Positions 30,858-43,268 are shown, counted from the first letter of the stretch. The stretch: 64,000 bases of DNA from an uncultured delta proteobacterium (GCA_963727445.1 CAVSGI010000004.1:192001-256000), one strand, 5' to 3'. A program made the numbers and translations. Notes: generated by a model not told the origin, from the letters alone.

Positions 30858-30876
30858 TGTCGGACACTATCCGACA
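30858..30876. promoter_or_regulatory. Inverted repeat immediately upstream of the MTase start
   Basis: TGTCGGA-CACTA-TCCGACA with perfect 7-bp arms. Confidence 0.45.
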
Positions 30877-30927
30877 CTGTCCTACATCCGAAAAAAGCGA
30901 CAGATCGGGGGTATTCTGGGGGACGTC

Positions 30928-31485
30928 ATGATCCCAGCGCCCACCGGTCCCTGTCCCCGTTGTCACGTCGCCCTGCGTCCAGCCGAGGTTCACGGCATCG
31001 GCCTGCACGGATGCATGCAATGCGGGGGGTTGTGGCTCGACTTCGCGGCGACCGGGAAGGTCCTGTCGTCGATGGACGGCGGTGCGCTCGAGCTGGCCGA
31101 CCAGGCTGCGCGCGCTGCCCAGACAGCGGTCGACACCTCCCAAACGGGGCTCGCCTGTCCGGTCTGCTTTCAGCCCTTGTCGCGCCTGCACGTCGGCGGG
31201 ACGACGGTCGAGGTCGATCGCTGCAACGAGCACGGCACCTGGTTCGATCGCAACGAGCTGCGCCAGGCGGCCGAACAGGTCGCGAGCCGGCGCGGCGCGG
31301 CGGCGCCTCGGGGCGCGGTGGCCGCCGCCGCCAACGGCGAGTACTCGCTCAGCAACGATCCGCGCTTCGCCGATTGCTTCGACGACGACGACGGAGATTA
31401 CGATGACGATTCGGTCGGCGAGAGCGTGGCCCTCGCCGGCGCCTTCGTTCTCTTCGACGTGCTGCTCAGCTTCCTCGACAGTTGA
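30928..31485 (+). CDS. Double zf-TFIIB-type zinc-ribbon protein
   Basis: CPRC...CMQCGGLWLD and CPVC...DRCNEHGTWFDRNEL. Confidence 0.8.
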   Translation: MIPAPTGPCPRCHVALRPAEVHGIGLHGCMQCGGLWLDFAATGKVLSSMDGGALELADQAARAAQTAVDTSQTGLACPVCFQPLSRLHVGGTTVEVDRCNEHGTWFDRNELRQAAEQVASRRGAAAPRGAVAAAANGEYSLSNDPRFADCFDDDDGDYDDDSVGESVALAGAFVLFDVLLSFLDS

Positions 31486-31500
31486 GGCGCCGAGCGCCTG

Positions 31501-32778
<1,278 letters not shown>

Positions 32779-32916
32779 GAGGGGGCGGACTGTAGCAGAC
32801 GGAGCCTCCTCTCAATATCGTTCAGATATTCCTCGTCGTTCTTCCCCGCGATCGCACCCGCCGCGCTCACCGATCCATCACGTGCCATTTGTGAGATGTG
32901 TTCTAGGCTTCACGCC

Positions 32917-33810
32917 GTGATGAAGCGGCTCATTCTCGTCCTCCTCTTGGCTGGGTGTGCGGACAGCGGGCGCGCCACCGTGGACTCCGGCAGCCGGGAC
33001 AGTGGTGCCTACGACACGGGCACGGCCGACGACGGCGGATCCGACGGAGCGCCGGCGGATACCGGCGTCACGGATACGGGGAGCGCGGACACCGGGGGCG
33101 CGGACACGAGCGCCGCGGACAGCGGCACCGCCGACACCGGGTCATCGGATTCCGCGACGGCCGACACCGGGACGAGCGATGGTGGCGGCAGCGCCATCGT
33201 GGTCGACGGCAACATCGGCGCGACCGAATGGGCCGGCGCCGTGGAGGCGACCAACGGTGAGACCTCCATCTGGGGCACGAACGCCTTCACCCGCATGCTG
33301 GCCACCATCCGAGGCGACACCTTCTACCTGGCGATCGAAGGACAGCTCGAGTCGGGAGCCGAGAACGCGCTCGTCGTCTACGTAGACAATCAGCGTGGCT
33401 CGGCGGTGGGCGTGGTCGATCCGATCAATCTCACCGATGGGACGGGGGCCCTCGACAACGCGGTGAGCGCCGGCATCACCACCCCCACCGACGTGCGGGT
33501 GGACTTCGCCTGGGGCACGCGCGACTTCGGCCGCGCAGAGAGCGGCTTCGACGACCGCATGGGATGGCGAGACGTCGCGACCAATCCGAGCAACTTCAGT
33601 TGGCTGGATGCGACCGATGGACCGACGGTGTGCAGCGCGACGGCCTGTGAGACCTCCATCGCGCTCTCGCGCCTCGGCGGCTCTGGCGACATCGCGCTCT
33701 TCGGCCGCCTGGTGAACACCGACGGCACGATGATCTCGAATCAATGCGTGCCCGAGGACAATCCGGACATGCCGAACGTCGTGATGACGGTCCTCACGGT
33801 CGCCCGCTGA
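32917..33810 (+). CDS. Lipoprotein with D/T/S/G-rich linker and DOMON/CBM9-like domain
   Basis: LAGC lipobox; repeated DTG/DSG; IVVDGNIGATEW...FYLAIEG...LVVYVD. Confidence 0.6.
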   Translation: MMKRLILVLLLAGCADSGRATVDSGSRDSGAYDTGTADDGGSDGAPADTGVTDTGSADTGGADTSAADSGTADTGSSDSATADTGTSDGGGSAIVVDGNIGATEWAGAVEATNGETSIWGTNAFTRMLATIRGDTFYLAIEGQLESGAENALVVYVDNQRGSAVGVVDPINLTDGTGALDNAVSAGITTPTDVRVDFAWGTRDFGRAESGFDDRMGWRDVATNPSNFSWLDATDGPTVCSATACETSIALSRLGGSGDIALFGRLVNTDGTMISNQCVPEDNPDMPNVVMTVLTVAR

Positions 33811-34556
33811 TGCGGGACGTCATCGCGATCCGAAACCTGGCGCTCGACTGCATCGTCGGCGTCTACCCGCACGAGCGCGACACGCCGCAGCGCCTGGTGC
33901 TGGACGTGGAGCTCGAGCTCGACATCGAGGAGGCGGCGCGGACCGAGTTGATCGGCCGCACCATCAACTACGACCTCACCTCGGCGCAGCTGGTCTTCCT
34001 GCTCCAGAGCTGCCGCTTTCGGCTCATCGAGACCGCGGCGCATGCGCTCTGCCGCTATCTGCTGGCGCCCCCCGCCCCGGGCGTTCGGCGCGCGCAGGTC
34101 GCGCGGGTTCGCCTCGAGATGACCAAGCCCGAAGCGCTCGGCGGGGCGGCGGTTCCGTCGCTGAGGGTGGAGCGCGACGCGGCGTGGGCCGGCGTCTACG
34201 CGCAAGAGCGAAAGCCCTTCGGCCTGGTGGACATCATTCACGAGACGAGCGAGGCCGGCATCTACCGGCTCAACCTCGAGCCGGGCGGCGTGATCCCCAT
34301 GCACGTCCACCGCCGCATGCAGGAGAGCGAGATGGTGCTGGGCGACGGAATCGAGTGCCAGAACGAGCCCGCGCCCTTGGGCACCGTTCGGCGCTGGCCC
34401 TTCGGAGCGCCCCACACCTACCGGAACACCAGCGAGTCCTTTCAGTCGATTCTATGCGTCGATTGCCCGCCATTCGACCCGAGTGACGAGGTCGAGGTGG
34501 AAGAAGAAGCGGCTGACGTGCCCATCGAGCCGGGGTGGCGCGAGGGCGCGGCGTGA
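33810..34556 (+). CDS. folB: Dihydroneopterin aldolase fused to a cupin domain
   Basis: IRNLALDCIVGVYPHERDTPQRLVLD, TINY, LIET and KPEAL; C-terminal IPMHVHRRMQESE...APHTYRN cupin motifs. Confidence 0.8.
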   Translation: MRDVIAIRNLALDCIVGVYPHERDTPQRLVLDVELELDIEEAARTELIGRTINYDLTSAQLVFLLQSCRFRLIETAAHALCRYLLAPPAPGVRRAQVARVRLEMTKPEALGGAAVPSLRVERDAAWAGVYAQERKPFGLVDIIHETSEAGIYRLNLEPGGVIPMHVHRRMQESEMVLGDGIECQNEPAPLGTVRRWPFGAPHTYRNTSESFQSILCVDCPPFDPSDEVEVEEEAADVPIEPGWREGAA

Positions 34557-35336
34557 AGATCAGCGAGGGGCGGGTGCTGGTCACCGGGGCGAGCCGCGGC
34601 ATCGGTCGGGCCATCGCCGAGGACCTGGTCGCGGCGGGCGCGCGCGTCTTCGCCACCGGGCGCGACGCCGATGCGCTGCGCAGCCTCCGTCAGACCGCGC
34701 CCGAATCGCATCGCGACCTTCGAGGCAGAGCTGACCGACGCCAAGAGTCGGGGGCGCCTCCTCGATTTCGCGACCCGTCTCTGGGAAGGGCTCGACGGTC
34801 TGGTCTCGGCGGCCGGGGTCGTCCGCTACGAAGAAGCGCTCGCGATGGACGAAGCATCGCTCCGCGCGCAGCTCGAGGTGAACCTGGTCGCGCCCGCGCT
34901 TTTGGTGCGCGACTTCGCGAAGCACTTACGTAAGAGTGAGGCGCCGGGAGCGGTGGTGCTGGTCGGCTCGACGCTCGCGACCCATCCGGCCCCGATGACC
35001 GCGGCCTATGCAGCGAGCAAAGCAGGGCTCGCGGCGCTCGCGCGCACCTTCGCCCTGGAGCTCGGGCCCCATGGGATCCGGGTCAACGCGGTGGCGCCAG
35101 GGTTGGTCGACACCGAGATGATCCGTGTGCCTCGCCTTCGCGAGGGGGAGCCGGAGCCGTCGGGCGAAGAGCGTGAGGCGCGGATCGTGGCGCAGCTCGC
35201 GGAGCTGGGCGGGCTCAGCCTGCTCGGGCGCTTGGGCAAGCCGGCGGAGATCGCGGAGGCGGTTCGCTATCTCCTCGATGCGCCCTTCGTGACCGGGCAC
35301 GTCTACGTCGCCGATGGCGGTCTCACGGTCGCCTGA
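34553..35336 (+). CDS. Short-chain dehydrogenase/reductase (frameshift near 34702)
   Basis: VTGASRGIG in frame 34535; YAASK, IRVNAVAPG and VTGHVYVADGG in frame 34671. Confidence 0.8.
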
Positions 35337-35351
35337 CGCGGCGCTAAGCAG

Positions 35352-35990
35352 CTATTGCTCGCGGCGGAACGACTCGACGAGCTCGGTGAAGGGCGCTTCC
35401 GCGCGCGCCATCAGCGAGGTGTCGCCGACCATCTTGAAGAACACCGGCCCCTCGGGGCCTTCGACGATCGCGCCGAGCATGCGCTGATCACCGGAGGGCG
35501 CACCGGTGCGGCCGCCCATGTCTCCGCCGGTGAAGGTGCCGGTGACGTCGATGACGGTGACGTTCATGTCGTTCACCGTGCGCTGACTGATGTTCGGCTG
35601 GGTGCCCTCGGGCAGTTGGAACTGACCGACCCAGCGGGCGATGTTCGCTTGGACGCTGCCGCCCTGCCCGGCGCCGAAGTAGAAGACGGTCATCGTCGCG
35701 GCTTGCTCGCCTTCCTGTTCGGGGAAGAGGTACTCGGCCGCGCGCATCGACGAGGAGGGGGCCTGTGCTCGAAAGGGGGAGGGGACCTCCCACGCGACGC
35801 CGCCGACGGGGGGACCACCCGTGCGGGTCGGTGCCTGTGCCTGCTCGATGTCGAGGCCAGCGTGAGGATCGGCGGGGGCCGACGGATTGCCTTCGGAGGC
35901 CGCGGTGGTGGTCGTGGCGGGTGCGGGCTCGGGCTCGTCCTCGCAGGCGACGCAGAAAAGGAGCAGTGAAATCGTGGCGAGGGTGCGCAT
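35352..35990 (-). CDS. Hypothetical lipoprotein
   Basis: CVAC lipobox; SSMRAAEY, GGSVQANIARWVGQF and GPVFFKMVG conserved-hypothetical pattern. Confidence 0.65.
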   Translation of the reverse strand: MRTLATISLLLFCVACEDEPEPAPATTTTAASEGNPSAPADPHAGLDIEQAQAPTRTGGPPVGGVAWEVPSPFRAQAPSSSMRAAEYLFPEQEGEQAATMTVFYFGAGQGGSVQANIARWVGQFQLPEGTQPNISQRTVNDMNVTVIDVTGTFTGGDMGGRTGAPSGDQRMLGAIVEGPEGPVFFKMVGDTSLMARAEAPFTELVESFRREQ

Positions 35991-36075
35991 GGCTCTGGGG
36001 TACACGTCCCCGCCGCGCCTCACAAGGATGCGCGATAGTTGACCTTCGAACTTGGACATCCGTACAGTCCTGCGC

Positions 36076-38544
36076 ATGAGCGCAGGTACCTTCGACTCCG
36101 ACCCACAGGCCTTTCTCCAGCGGCAGAAGAAGCCCTGGGCAGCCGCCCGAGGGCTCTCGGCGGTGTTGCGCAAGTGGCATCGAGACGGGGGCTATCAACG
36201 CGCGTTCGTCCTCGACCGTGAGCTTCCCGGTCGCGAGGGCCGCAGCGTCCCGATCCCCGAGGATCTCGCCGAGGGAGTCGCGGCCGCGCTCTCGAAGCGA
36301 GGCGTCGAAGCGCTCTACGATCATCAAGCGCGTGCCTACGCGCTCGCCAAGGGTGGGCGCGACGTGGTGATCGCGACGCCCACCGCGTCGGGCAAGAGCC
36401 TCTGTTACAACCTGCCCGTTCTCGACGCGCTGAGCGCGCGATCCCGAAGCGCGCGCGCTCTATCTCTTCCCGACCAAGGCGCTGTCGCGCGATCAAGAGG
36501 ACGCGCTGCGCGCGCTCATGCGCGACGCCGGGCTCGCGCACGGCGCGATCACCTACGACGGAGACACGCCGGGCGACGCGCGGCGCGCGGCGCGGGAGCG
36601 GAGCGGCGTGCTGCTCACGAACCCCGACATGCTCCACGCGGGGATCCTTCCGCATCACGCGAGCTGGGCGCGCCTCTTCGCGAACCTGCGCTACGTCGTC
36701 ATCGACGAGCTCCACAGCTACCGCGGCGTCTTCGGCAGTCACCTGGCGAACGTGATCCGGCGCCTGTCGCGCATCGCCGAGTTTCACGGTTCGAAGCCCG
36801 TCTTCCTCTTCGCGTCGGCGACCATCGGCAATCCAGGCGATCACGCGTCGCGGATGATCGGGCGCGACGTGACGGTCATCGACGAGAGCGGTGCTCCTGC
36901 GGGGCCGCGGCGGGTGATGGTCTACAATCCGCCGGTCATCAATCCGGAGCTCGGGATCCGGCGGAGCTATCTGAAGTGCGCGGTGCAGGTCGCGGCGGAT
37001 CTGGTGCGCGCCGACGTCTCGACCCTTGTCTTCGGTCAGTCGCGCAACGGGGTCGAGGTGATGCTGAAGTACCTCCGCGACCGCCTCGCGGCCGACAAGA
37101 TCCCGGCTGACGTGATCCACGCCTATCGCGGCGGCTACCTGCCGGACACGAGGCGGCGCATCGAGGCGGACCTGCGCGCCGGCAAGATCAAGTGCGTCGT
37201 CGCCACCAACGCCCTCGAGCTGGGGATCGACATCGGCAGCCTCGACGCCGTGGTCTGCGCCGGCTACCCGGGCAACGTCGCCGCGCTCTGGCAGCGTTTC
37301 GGCCGCGGCGGCCGGCGGGCGACGGAGAGCCTCGCGGTGCTGGTCGCGTCGAGCGATGCCCCTCGACCAGTACCTGGCGAGCGACCCGGAGCAGATCGTC
37401 GGCGCGCCGGTGGAGCACGCGCGCATCGATCCGGACAACGTCGAGATCCTCGTGCAGCACCTGAAGTGCGCCGCCTTCGAGCTGCCCTTCGAGGAGGGTG
37501 ACGCGTTCGGCGACGTGCCCGCAGAAGCGGTGAGCGACGCTCTGGGCTTCTTGGCGAAGCACGCGGTGCTTCATCCGGCGCCCGGTGCCTCGGGCAAGAC
37601 CGTCTACCACTGGGCGACCGACGCCTACCCCGCCAACGCACGTGTCGCCTGCGCATCGTCGGCTGGGACAACTTCGTGATCATCGACCTCGAGACGCGAC
37701 GAGACCATCGCCGAGATGGACTGGCGCGAGCACCCACACCATGCTGCACGAGCAGGCCATCTATCAGCACGCGGCGGAGCAGTACCAGGTCGAGCGCCTC
37801 GACTTCGAGAACCACAAGGCCTTCGTGCGCAAGGTCAAGCCCGACTACTACACGACGGCGATGACCCACACCAACGTGAGCGTCTACGAAGAGGAGGACG
37901 GCGCCTTCGTGAAGCTGGGCGGAAGCGTTCGGACTCGGCGGCCGGTGCCGGCGAGGTGAGCGTCGTCGAGAAGGTCGTCGGCTACAAGAAGATCAAGTTC
38001 CACACCCACGAGAACGTCGGCTACGGCGACGTGCACCTGCCGGAGATGCAGATGCACACGACGAGCTTCTGGCTGACCTTCCCCGAGGAGCTGGTGCGCT
38101 CGCTTCGGCGTGCCGCGGGCCGCGGTGGTGCGACGCGCTGCGCGGTCTCGCGAACGCGATGCACACGGTGGCGTCCGTCGGGCTGATGATCGACCCGCGC
38201 GACCTCGGTGCACAGCCTCGGCGATCGCAAGCGACGAGGGCGGCACGCCCGACAAGGCGCCCGGCGAGGGGCCCGGCTTCGACCCGACGATCTTCCTCTA
38301 CGACCACATCCCCGGCGGCGTCGGCCTCGCGCCGCGGCTCTTCGGGTCGAGCGGGAGACGCTGCTGCGCCGCACGCGGCGCCTCGTCGAGAGCTGCGCGT
38401 GCGAAGCGGGCTGCCCCGCATGCATCGGGCCCGAAGCCGGCATCGGCACCATCCAAGAAGGACCTGCGCAGAAGAAACCGGTCGCGCGAAAAGCCCTCGC
38501 CCTCGACGTCCTCGACGCCATCGGCGTGACGGCGATCGCACTGA
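36076..38544 (+). CDS. DEAD/DEAH helicase with DUF1998/MZB domain (MrfA/YprA/Hrq1 family), multiply frameshifted
   Basis: TPTASGKSLCY, NPDMLH, IDELHSYRG, SATIGNP, ATNALELGIDIG, QRFGRGGR, IFLYDHIPGGVG and CACEAGCPACIG, spread over several frames. Confidence 0.85.
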
Positions 38545-39946
38545 TGAAGCTCTCCGACAAGCTCGCCCGCCTCGAGAAGGCTGGGGCGTTCGGAGCCGCA
38601 GGGCCCGTGGAGACTCGCTTCGCGAGTCGGAACGCGACCGGAGCGCAGGACGCCCCTGCCGGGAGTGCATCCTTTGGTGACACGCGCCTCCTCTCGCCCA
38701 TGCCCGAGAGCGACGTGCGCACCGCGCGAGCGGCGCGCGCGCATCGCGCGTCTCAAGGAGATGATGGATGGCGTCGCCGCGCGGCAGCAGAGCCGCCTCC
38801 TCGAGCTCGCCCACCGCGAGCCGGCGCCGCTCTACGAGCTGCCCGGTGAGACGCACGAGACCGCGCACGGTGCGCTCCACGTCGTCGAGCAGCACCTCGA
38901 GCCATCCCATCATCACGGCCGCGTCCCGGTGCGGAGCGCCCTCGCGGTCGACCCCGCGCTCGTCGCGCGCCTCGCCCTCGACCCGAGCCTCGCGGACGTC
39001 GATCCGAAGAAGCTCCTCTTCATCGACACCGAGACCACGGGCCTGAGCGGCGGCACCGGCACGCTGCCGTTCCTCCTCGGCATGGCCTTCTTCGAGGACG
39101 AGTCTCTCTGCGTGCGCCAGCTCTTCCTTCCGCGCCCCGGCGCCGAGGCGCCGATGCTTCGCGACCTCGCCCGGCGCTGCGAGGAGGCGTCGGCGATCGT
39201 CAGCTACAACGGCAAGGCCTTCGACTGGCCGCTCCTGCGCACGCGCTTCGTGATGAACCGCGTGCCCGTGCCCCGGGTGCCGCCTCATCTCGACCTGCTC
39301 CACGCGGTCGCGGCGCGTCTACAAGAGGCGCCTCGAGCGCGTGCGGCTCCTTCACGTCGAGGTGGACGTCCTCGGCATGACCCGCGAGCACGACATCGAC
39401 GGCGCGGAGATCCCGGGCATCTATACCCAGTACCTGCGCGGCGATCTCGATCCGCGGATGCCGGTGGTGATCGAGCACAACGCCAACGACCTGATCGCCC
39501 TCGCCGCGATCCTGGGTCGCATCGCGGGCGACTTCGTCGCGGTGCGCGAGGCCGACGATCCGCGCGACCACCTGGGTTTCGCGGAGGTGGCCGAACGCGC
39601 CAAGGACGGCGAGCGCGCACGGCGCTTCGCCGAGGCGGCCCTCTACGGAGGGGGAGGCCGCGAGGTCACGGTGCCGGCAGGGCTCCTCGCCGCGCGCGTG
39701 GCGCGGCGCGCGGGCGACGTCGAAGGGGAGGGCAAAGCGCTCTCCTACGCGCTTTCGATGCTCGAAACGGATGGCGACCTCCTGGCCGCGGAGGTCCATC
39801 TCGCCCTCGCCAAGCACCACGAGCATCGCACCAAGGACCTCGGCGCCGCCCTCGAGCACGCCCGTCACACCGTCCCTGCCGAGACCGCGACGCTTTCGGC
39901 CAAGCGCGTGAGCCGTCTCGAAGCGCGCCGCCAGCGTAATCGGTGA
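38544..39946 (+). CDS. RNase_H_2/DnaQ-like exonuclease with TPR tail (MrfB/YprB-like), frameshifted
   Basis: FIDTETTGLSGGTG, SYNGKAFDWP, HLDLLH and HNANDL; directly downstream of the helicase. Confidence 0.82.
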
Positions 39947-40016
39947 GCCGCGGGCGGCGACTCCCGCTCCGCGGCCGGCTGACGACGGTTGTCGCTTCGT
40001 CAGGCCTTTGTCCCGT

Positions 40017-41132
40017 ATGCTCCGGGCCGTGCGCCGAAAGGCAAAGGCCACCCTCATGGCAGCCCTCTTGCTGCTGACCTGCACGACGGCGCAGGCGGAC
40101 GACGTCCTGGCCGGGATCTTCGTCCGCGGCGACACCGATACCACCACCGTCATCAGCCCCAAGGCGGAGCTCACCGCGGGCATCGTCGACGACTCGACCA
40201 CGGTGACCGCCGGCTACGCCGCCGACATCTGGACCAGCGCGTCCATCGACATCCGCACCATGGCGACCCAGGCCGTCTCGGAGCAGCGCGACGAGCTGAC
40301 CGCGGGCGTCGCCAGAGAGATGACCGACGTCACCCTTCGCGGCGGCTACCGTTTCTCGCACGAGCCGGACTACGTCTCTCACGGCGGCACGCTCTCGGTG
40401 GTTCAGCGCCTGGCCGAAGGCGCCGCCACCATCGAGACCGGGCTCACCGCCGCCTTCGATACGGTCGGCCGCTCGGGGGACGAGTCCTTCTCTCGCGGGC
40501 TCTCCACCGTCGGCTTTCGGCTGGCGTATACCCAGGTCCTCGATCCATCGACGGTGCTACAGGGCGCTTACGAGCTGATGCGGCGCGACGGCTATCAGGC
40601 GAGCCCCTACCATTTCGTCGGGCTCGGCGGCGACGGCCTCTGCAACGGCACCGCCCAGCTCTGCGTGGCCGAGAGCCATCCATCGATCCGCTGGCGCAAC
40701 GCCTGGGTCGTGCGTCTGAGACGCGCTCTCGGCGATCAGTGGTCGACCGGCCTCGATTACCGCTTCTATGTGGACGATTGGGGGATCGCGTCGCACACCG
40801 CGAGCGCCCAGGTGATCTGGCTCCCCGACGAAGATTCGCAGGTCATCGCGCGCTACCGCTTCTACTGGCAGGGCGCCGCGGACTTCTACCAATCCGTGTA
40901 CGCGATGACGGCCGAGCGGCAAAGGTACGTGACCCGCGATCGCGAGCTGTCGCCCATGAGCACCCAGCGCCTGGTGCTGGCCTACCAGCGCACCTTCGAG
41001 CTCACCGAGGCCGGACCCGCCACCACCATGACCCTGTCGGTCGGCGGCACCATCCTCGACTACCGCGACTTCAACGGTCTGGACACGGTGGCCGCGCTCG
41101 ACGCCTCCCTTTCGCTTTCGGTGGAGCTGTGA
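40017..41132 (+). CDS. DUF3570-family outer-membrane protein
   Basis: Signal peptide; ADIWTSASID, SHEPDYVS, GYQASPY, YRFYVDDWGIASHT, RYRFYWQGAADFY and TRDRELS. Confidence 0.75.
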   Translation: MLRAVRRKAKATLMAALLLLTCTTAQADDVLAGIFVRGDTDTTTVISPKAELTAGIVDDSTTVTAGYAADIWTSASIDIRTMATQAVSEQRDELTAGVAREMTDVTLRGGYRFSHEPDYVSHGGTLSVVQRLAEGAATIETGLTAAFDTVGRSGDESFSRGLSTVGFRLAYTQVLDPSTVLQGAYELMRRDGYQASPYHFVGLGGDGLCNGTAQLCVAESHPSIRWRNAWVVRLRRALGDQWSTGLDYRFYVDDWGIASHTASAQVIWLPDEDSQVIARYRFYWQGAADFYQSVYAMTAERQRYVTRDRELSPMSTQRLVLAYQRTFELTEAGPATTMTLSVGGTILDYRDFNGLDTVAALDASLSLSVEL

Positions 41133-42523
41133 CGCGGGCGCTCCTACTCTCGTTGGTCCTGCTCTCGGTCACGTCCTCGGCCTTCGCCCAGGAGCTTCCG
41201 CCACCGGAGTTCGAGGGGGCCGACGAGGGCGACGATCTACCGCCGCCGGAATACGGAGACGAAGGCGATGAGGGCGGGCTGCCGCCGCCCGAGTACGGCG
41301 ACGAAGGAGACGGTGGCGCGGGCGCAGAAGGTGACGGGGATGCGATGGAGGGGAGCCCCGAGCAGGAGATGGAGGAGTTTCAGGCGCCGAAGGTCATGGT
41401 GGTGGCGGCGCCGCGCACCCCCCGCGAGCTGTCGCGCGAGGTGAACGACATCCTCTCCGCCGTCGGTCAGCTCGAGAGCCCCGACGCGTTCGTTCGCGAG
41501 GCGCGGGCGCGCGGCTATCCCCCCGACCGCGGCGAGGCCTTCGAGGTCCTCTTGCCCGAGATGGACATCGCCCTGGTGCTCGTCATCTCGGTGGTGCGCG
41601 AAGAGGGCGAGCGCCGGCTCCGGGTGGAGTATCGCGACGGGCGAATCGGTTTCGCGCTCCTCGAGGAGTCTCATCCTCTCGCCGGCGATCGCCTGCGCGC
41701 CGAGTCGCGCGAGCGCATCGTCTCCGAAGCGCGTCTGGCGCTGGCCGCCATCACGCGCCCCCCCGGGGCTCCCGCACCCGAAGGGTTGCCCGAAGCAGCC
41801 GCCGACTCCCGCGAGGGCCCGCCGGCCGAGCCGGGCGCGGCGGTACACGTCTTTCTCGGCGCGGGCTTCGGCTTCGGGATGCGCTCCTTCCGGTTGCCGA
41901 CCTCGGTGGGCATCGTACGCCTCACCACCGATCCCTTCCCGGCCGTCTCCCTTCGCTTGGGGCTCGACTACGAGCCCACGGCTCAGGGGCGGGTCAACCT
42001 GCGCGGCGAGCTCTCCTACGTCACCTCGGTCGGCCTCGAGGTCACCGACATGCGCACCGACATGACGACCCTCAAGACGCCGTCGCGCAGCCAGCGCTTC
42101 GACGTGCGTCTCGGTGCGACCTACCGACTGGCGGACGGTCCCGATGGTGTCTCCCTCGGTGGCGCGTTGGGCTTCGGCGTGCGCGCTTTCGATTCAGAAG
42201 CGGCGGTCACGCTCCCCGACTACGCACTGAGCGGCTTCTCGCTCAGGCTCAGCTTGATCGTTCCGCTCCTCGAGGGGCGCGTGATCATCGCGCTCCATCC
42301 CGAGCTCGACTGGGTGGCCTTCGTCGACGACGGGCTCACCCAGGAAGGCGTCGCCGGCAGCGCGGTGGCGGTCGGCGCCGAGGCGAGGCTCCTCGTCGGC
42401 ATCGCCGGTCCCTTCTACGCCGAGCTCTACTATCGCGAGAGCCACGCCTTCTTGAGCTCGGACCTGGGCGAAAGCGGAGACGTCGAGCGCTACGCGACCG
42501 TCGGTCTCCTCTACCGCCCGTGA
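41129..42523 (+). CDS. Hypothetical exported protein with acidic repeats and C-terminal beta-barrel-like region
   Basis: Signal ending AFA; three LPPPE(F/Y) repeats; alternating beta strands; GTG overlaps the DUF3570 stop. Confidence 0.6.
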   Translation: MTRALLLSLVLLSVTSSAFAQELPPPEFEGADEGDDLPPPEYGDEGDEGGLPPPEYGDEGDGGAGAEGDGDAMEGSPEQEMEEFQAPKVMVVAAPRTPRELSREVNDILSAVGQLESPDAFVREARARGYPPDRGEAFEVLLPEMDIALVLVISVVREEGERRLRVEYRDGRIGFALLEESHPLAGDRLRAESRERIVSEARLALAAITRPPGAPAPEGLPEAAADSREGPPAEPGAAVHVFLGAGFGFGMRSFRLPTSVGIVRLTTDPFPAVSLRLGLDYEPTAQGRVNLRGELSYVTSVGLEVTDMRTDMTTLKTPSRSQRFDVRLGATYRLADGPDGVSLGGALGFGVRAFDSEAAVTLPDYALSGFSLRLSLIVPLLEGRVIIALHPELDWVAFVDDGLTQEGVAGSAVAVGAEARLLVGIAGPFYAELYYRESHAFLSSDLGESGDVERYATVGLLYRP

Positions 42524-42530
42524 CCCGTGC

Positions 42531-43268
42531 TCAGAAGGAGGCGCCTGCGCTGATGTAGAACCAGGGGATGATCCCCCAGCTGTTGGGATCGGGGTTCGAG
42601 AGCGACAGCCCCGGCCCATAGAGCGCCGCGGCGCCGACACGGAAGTTGAAGCCGCCGTTCATCGGGTGGATCCGGTAGCCGATGTGGGCGTTGCCGATCG
42701 CGCTGGCGCCAGAGCCGGTCGCGGTCAGACCGCCGGCGCTCGCCGAGCCGTCCGTGAATATCATCGTCGCACCGGCGCCGATCTCGAGCACGTGAGAGCC
42801 GGCCCTCAGGCCCAGGTACTCCGCCGTCAGTGGCACGGTGACGTACGACACGTTCGAGCTACTCGTACCCACGTTCGAGCCGTAGGACATGTAGCTGAAG
42901 CCGATGCGAACGCCGAGCTGGTCGAAGAGCAGGCGCTCGTAGTTCACCGAGTAGAAGAGGCCTGCGCCCAGGCCCTCGACGAAGATCGTGTTCGGCGCGG
43001 GGTGCTCTTCTTCGACGTCGGTCGGCACGACGACCGTTCCGGGTGTCGCCGCCGGTGTCGCGGCAGGGGTGGTGGTCGCGGTGGTCGGCCCGGTGGTGGT
43101 CGTCTGCGATCCCATGGGCTGCATCACTGGAGCCGAGCTCTGTCCCGTCGTCCCCGTTCCCGCTTCCGAACCTTCTTCGTCGGTGGCGTCGGGATCGGCG
43201 GCGTAGGCGGTCGCGGTCTGTGCGAGTAAGAGACCGGCGGCGATCATCGGTAGTGACTTCGTGAGCAT
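42531..43268 (-). CDS. Small outer-membrane beta-barrel protein
   Basis: Signal peptide, Thr-rich linker, NTIFVEGLGAGLFYSVNYER and terminal WFYISAGASF (aromatic C-terminus). Confidence 0.7.
   Translation of the reverse strand: MLTKSLPMIAAGLLLAQTATAYAADPDATDEEGSEAGTGTTGQSSAPVMQPMGSQTTTTGPTTATTTPAATPAATPGTVVVPTDVEEEHPAPNTIFVEGLGAGLFYSVNYERLLFDQLGVRIGFSYMSYGSNVGTSSSNVSYVTVPLTAEYLGLRAGSHVLEIGAGATMIFTDGSASAGGLTATGSGASAIGNAHIGYRIHPMNGGFNFRVGAAALYGPGLSLSNPDPNSWGIIPWFYISAGASF

Noticed and set aside
38208..38849. Helicase-exonuclease fusion
   Set aside because: A TGATG overlap at 38542-38546 in an indel-rich stretch points to two coupled genes.
39989..41128. N-terminal extension of the 844-aa ORF 39989..42523
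   Set aside because: It overlaps the DUF3570 gene out of frame; a clean signal peptide begins at GTG 41129.
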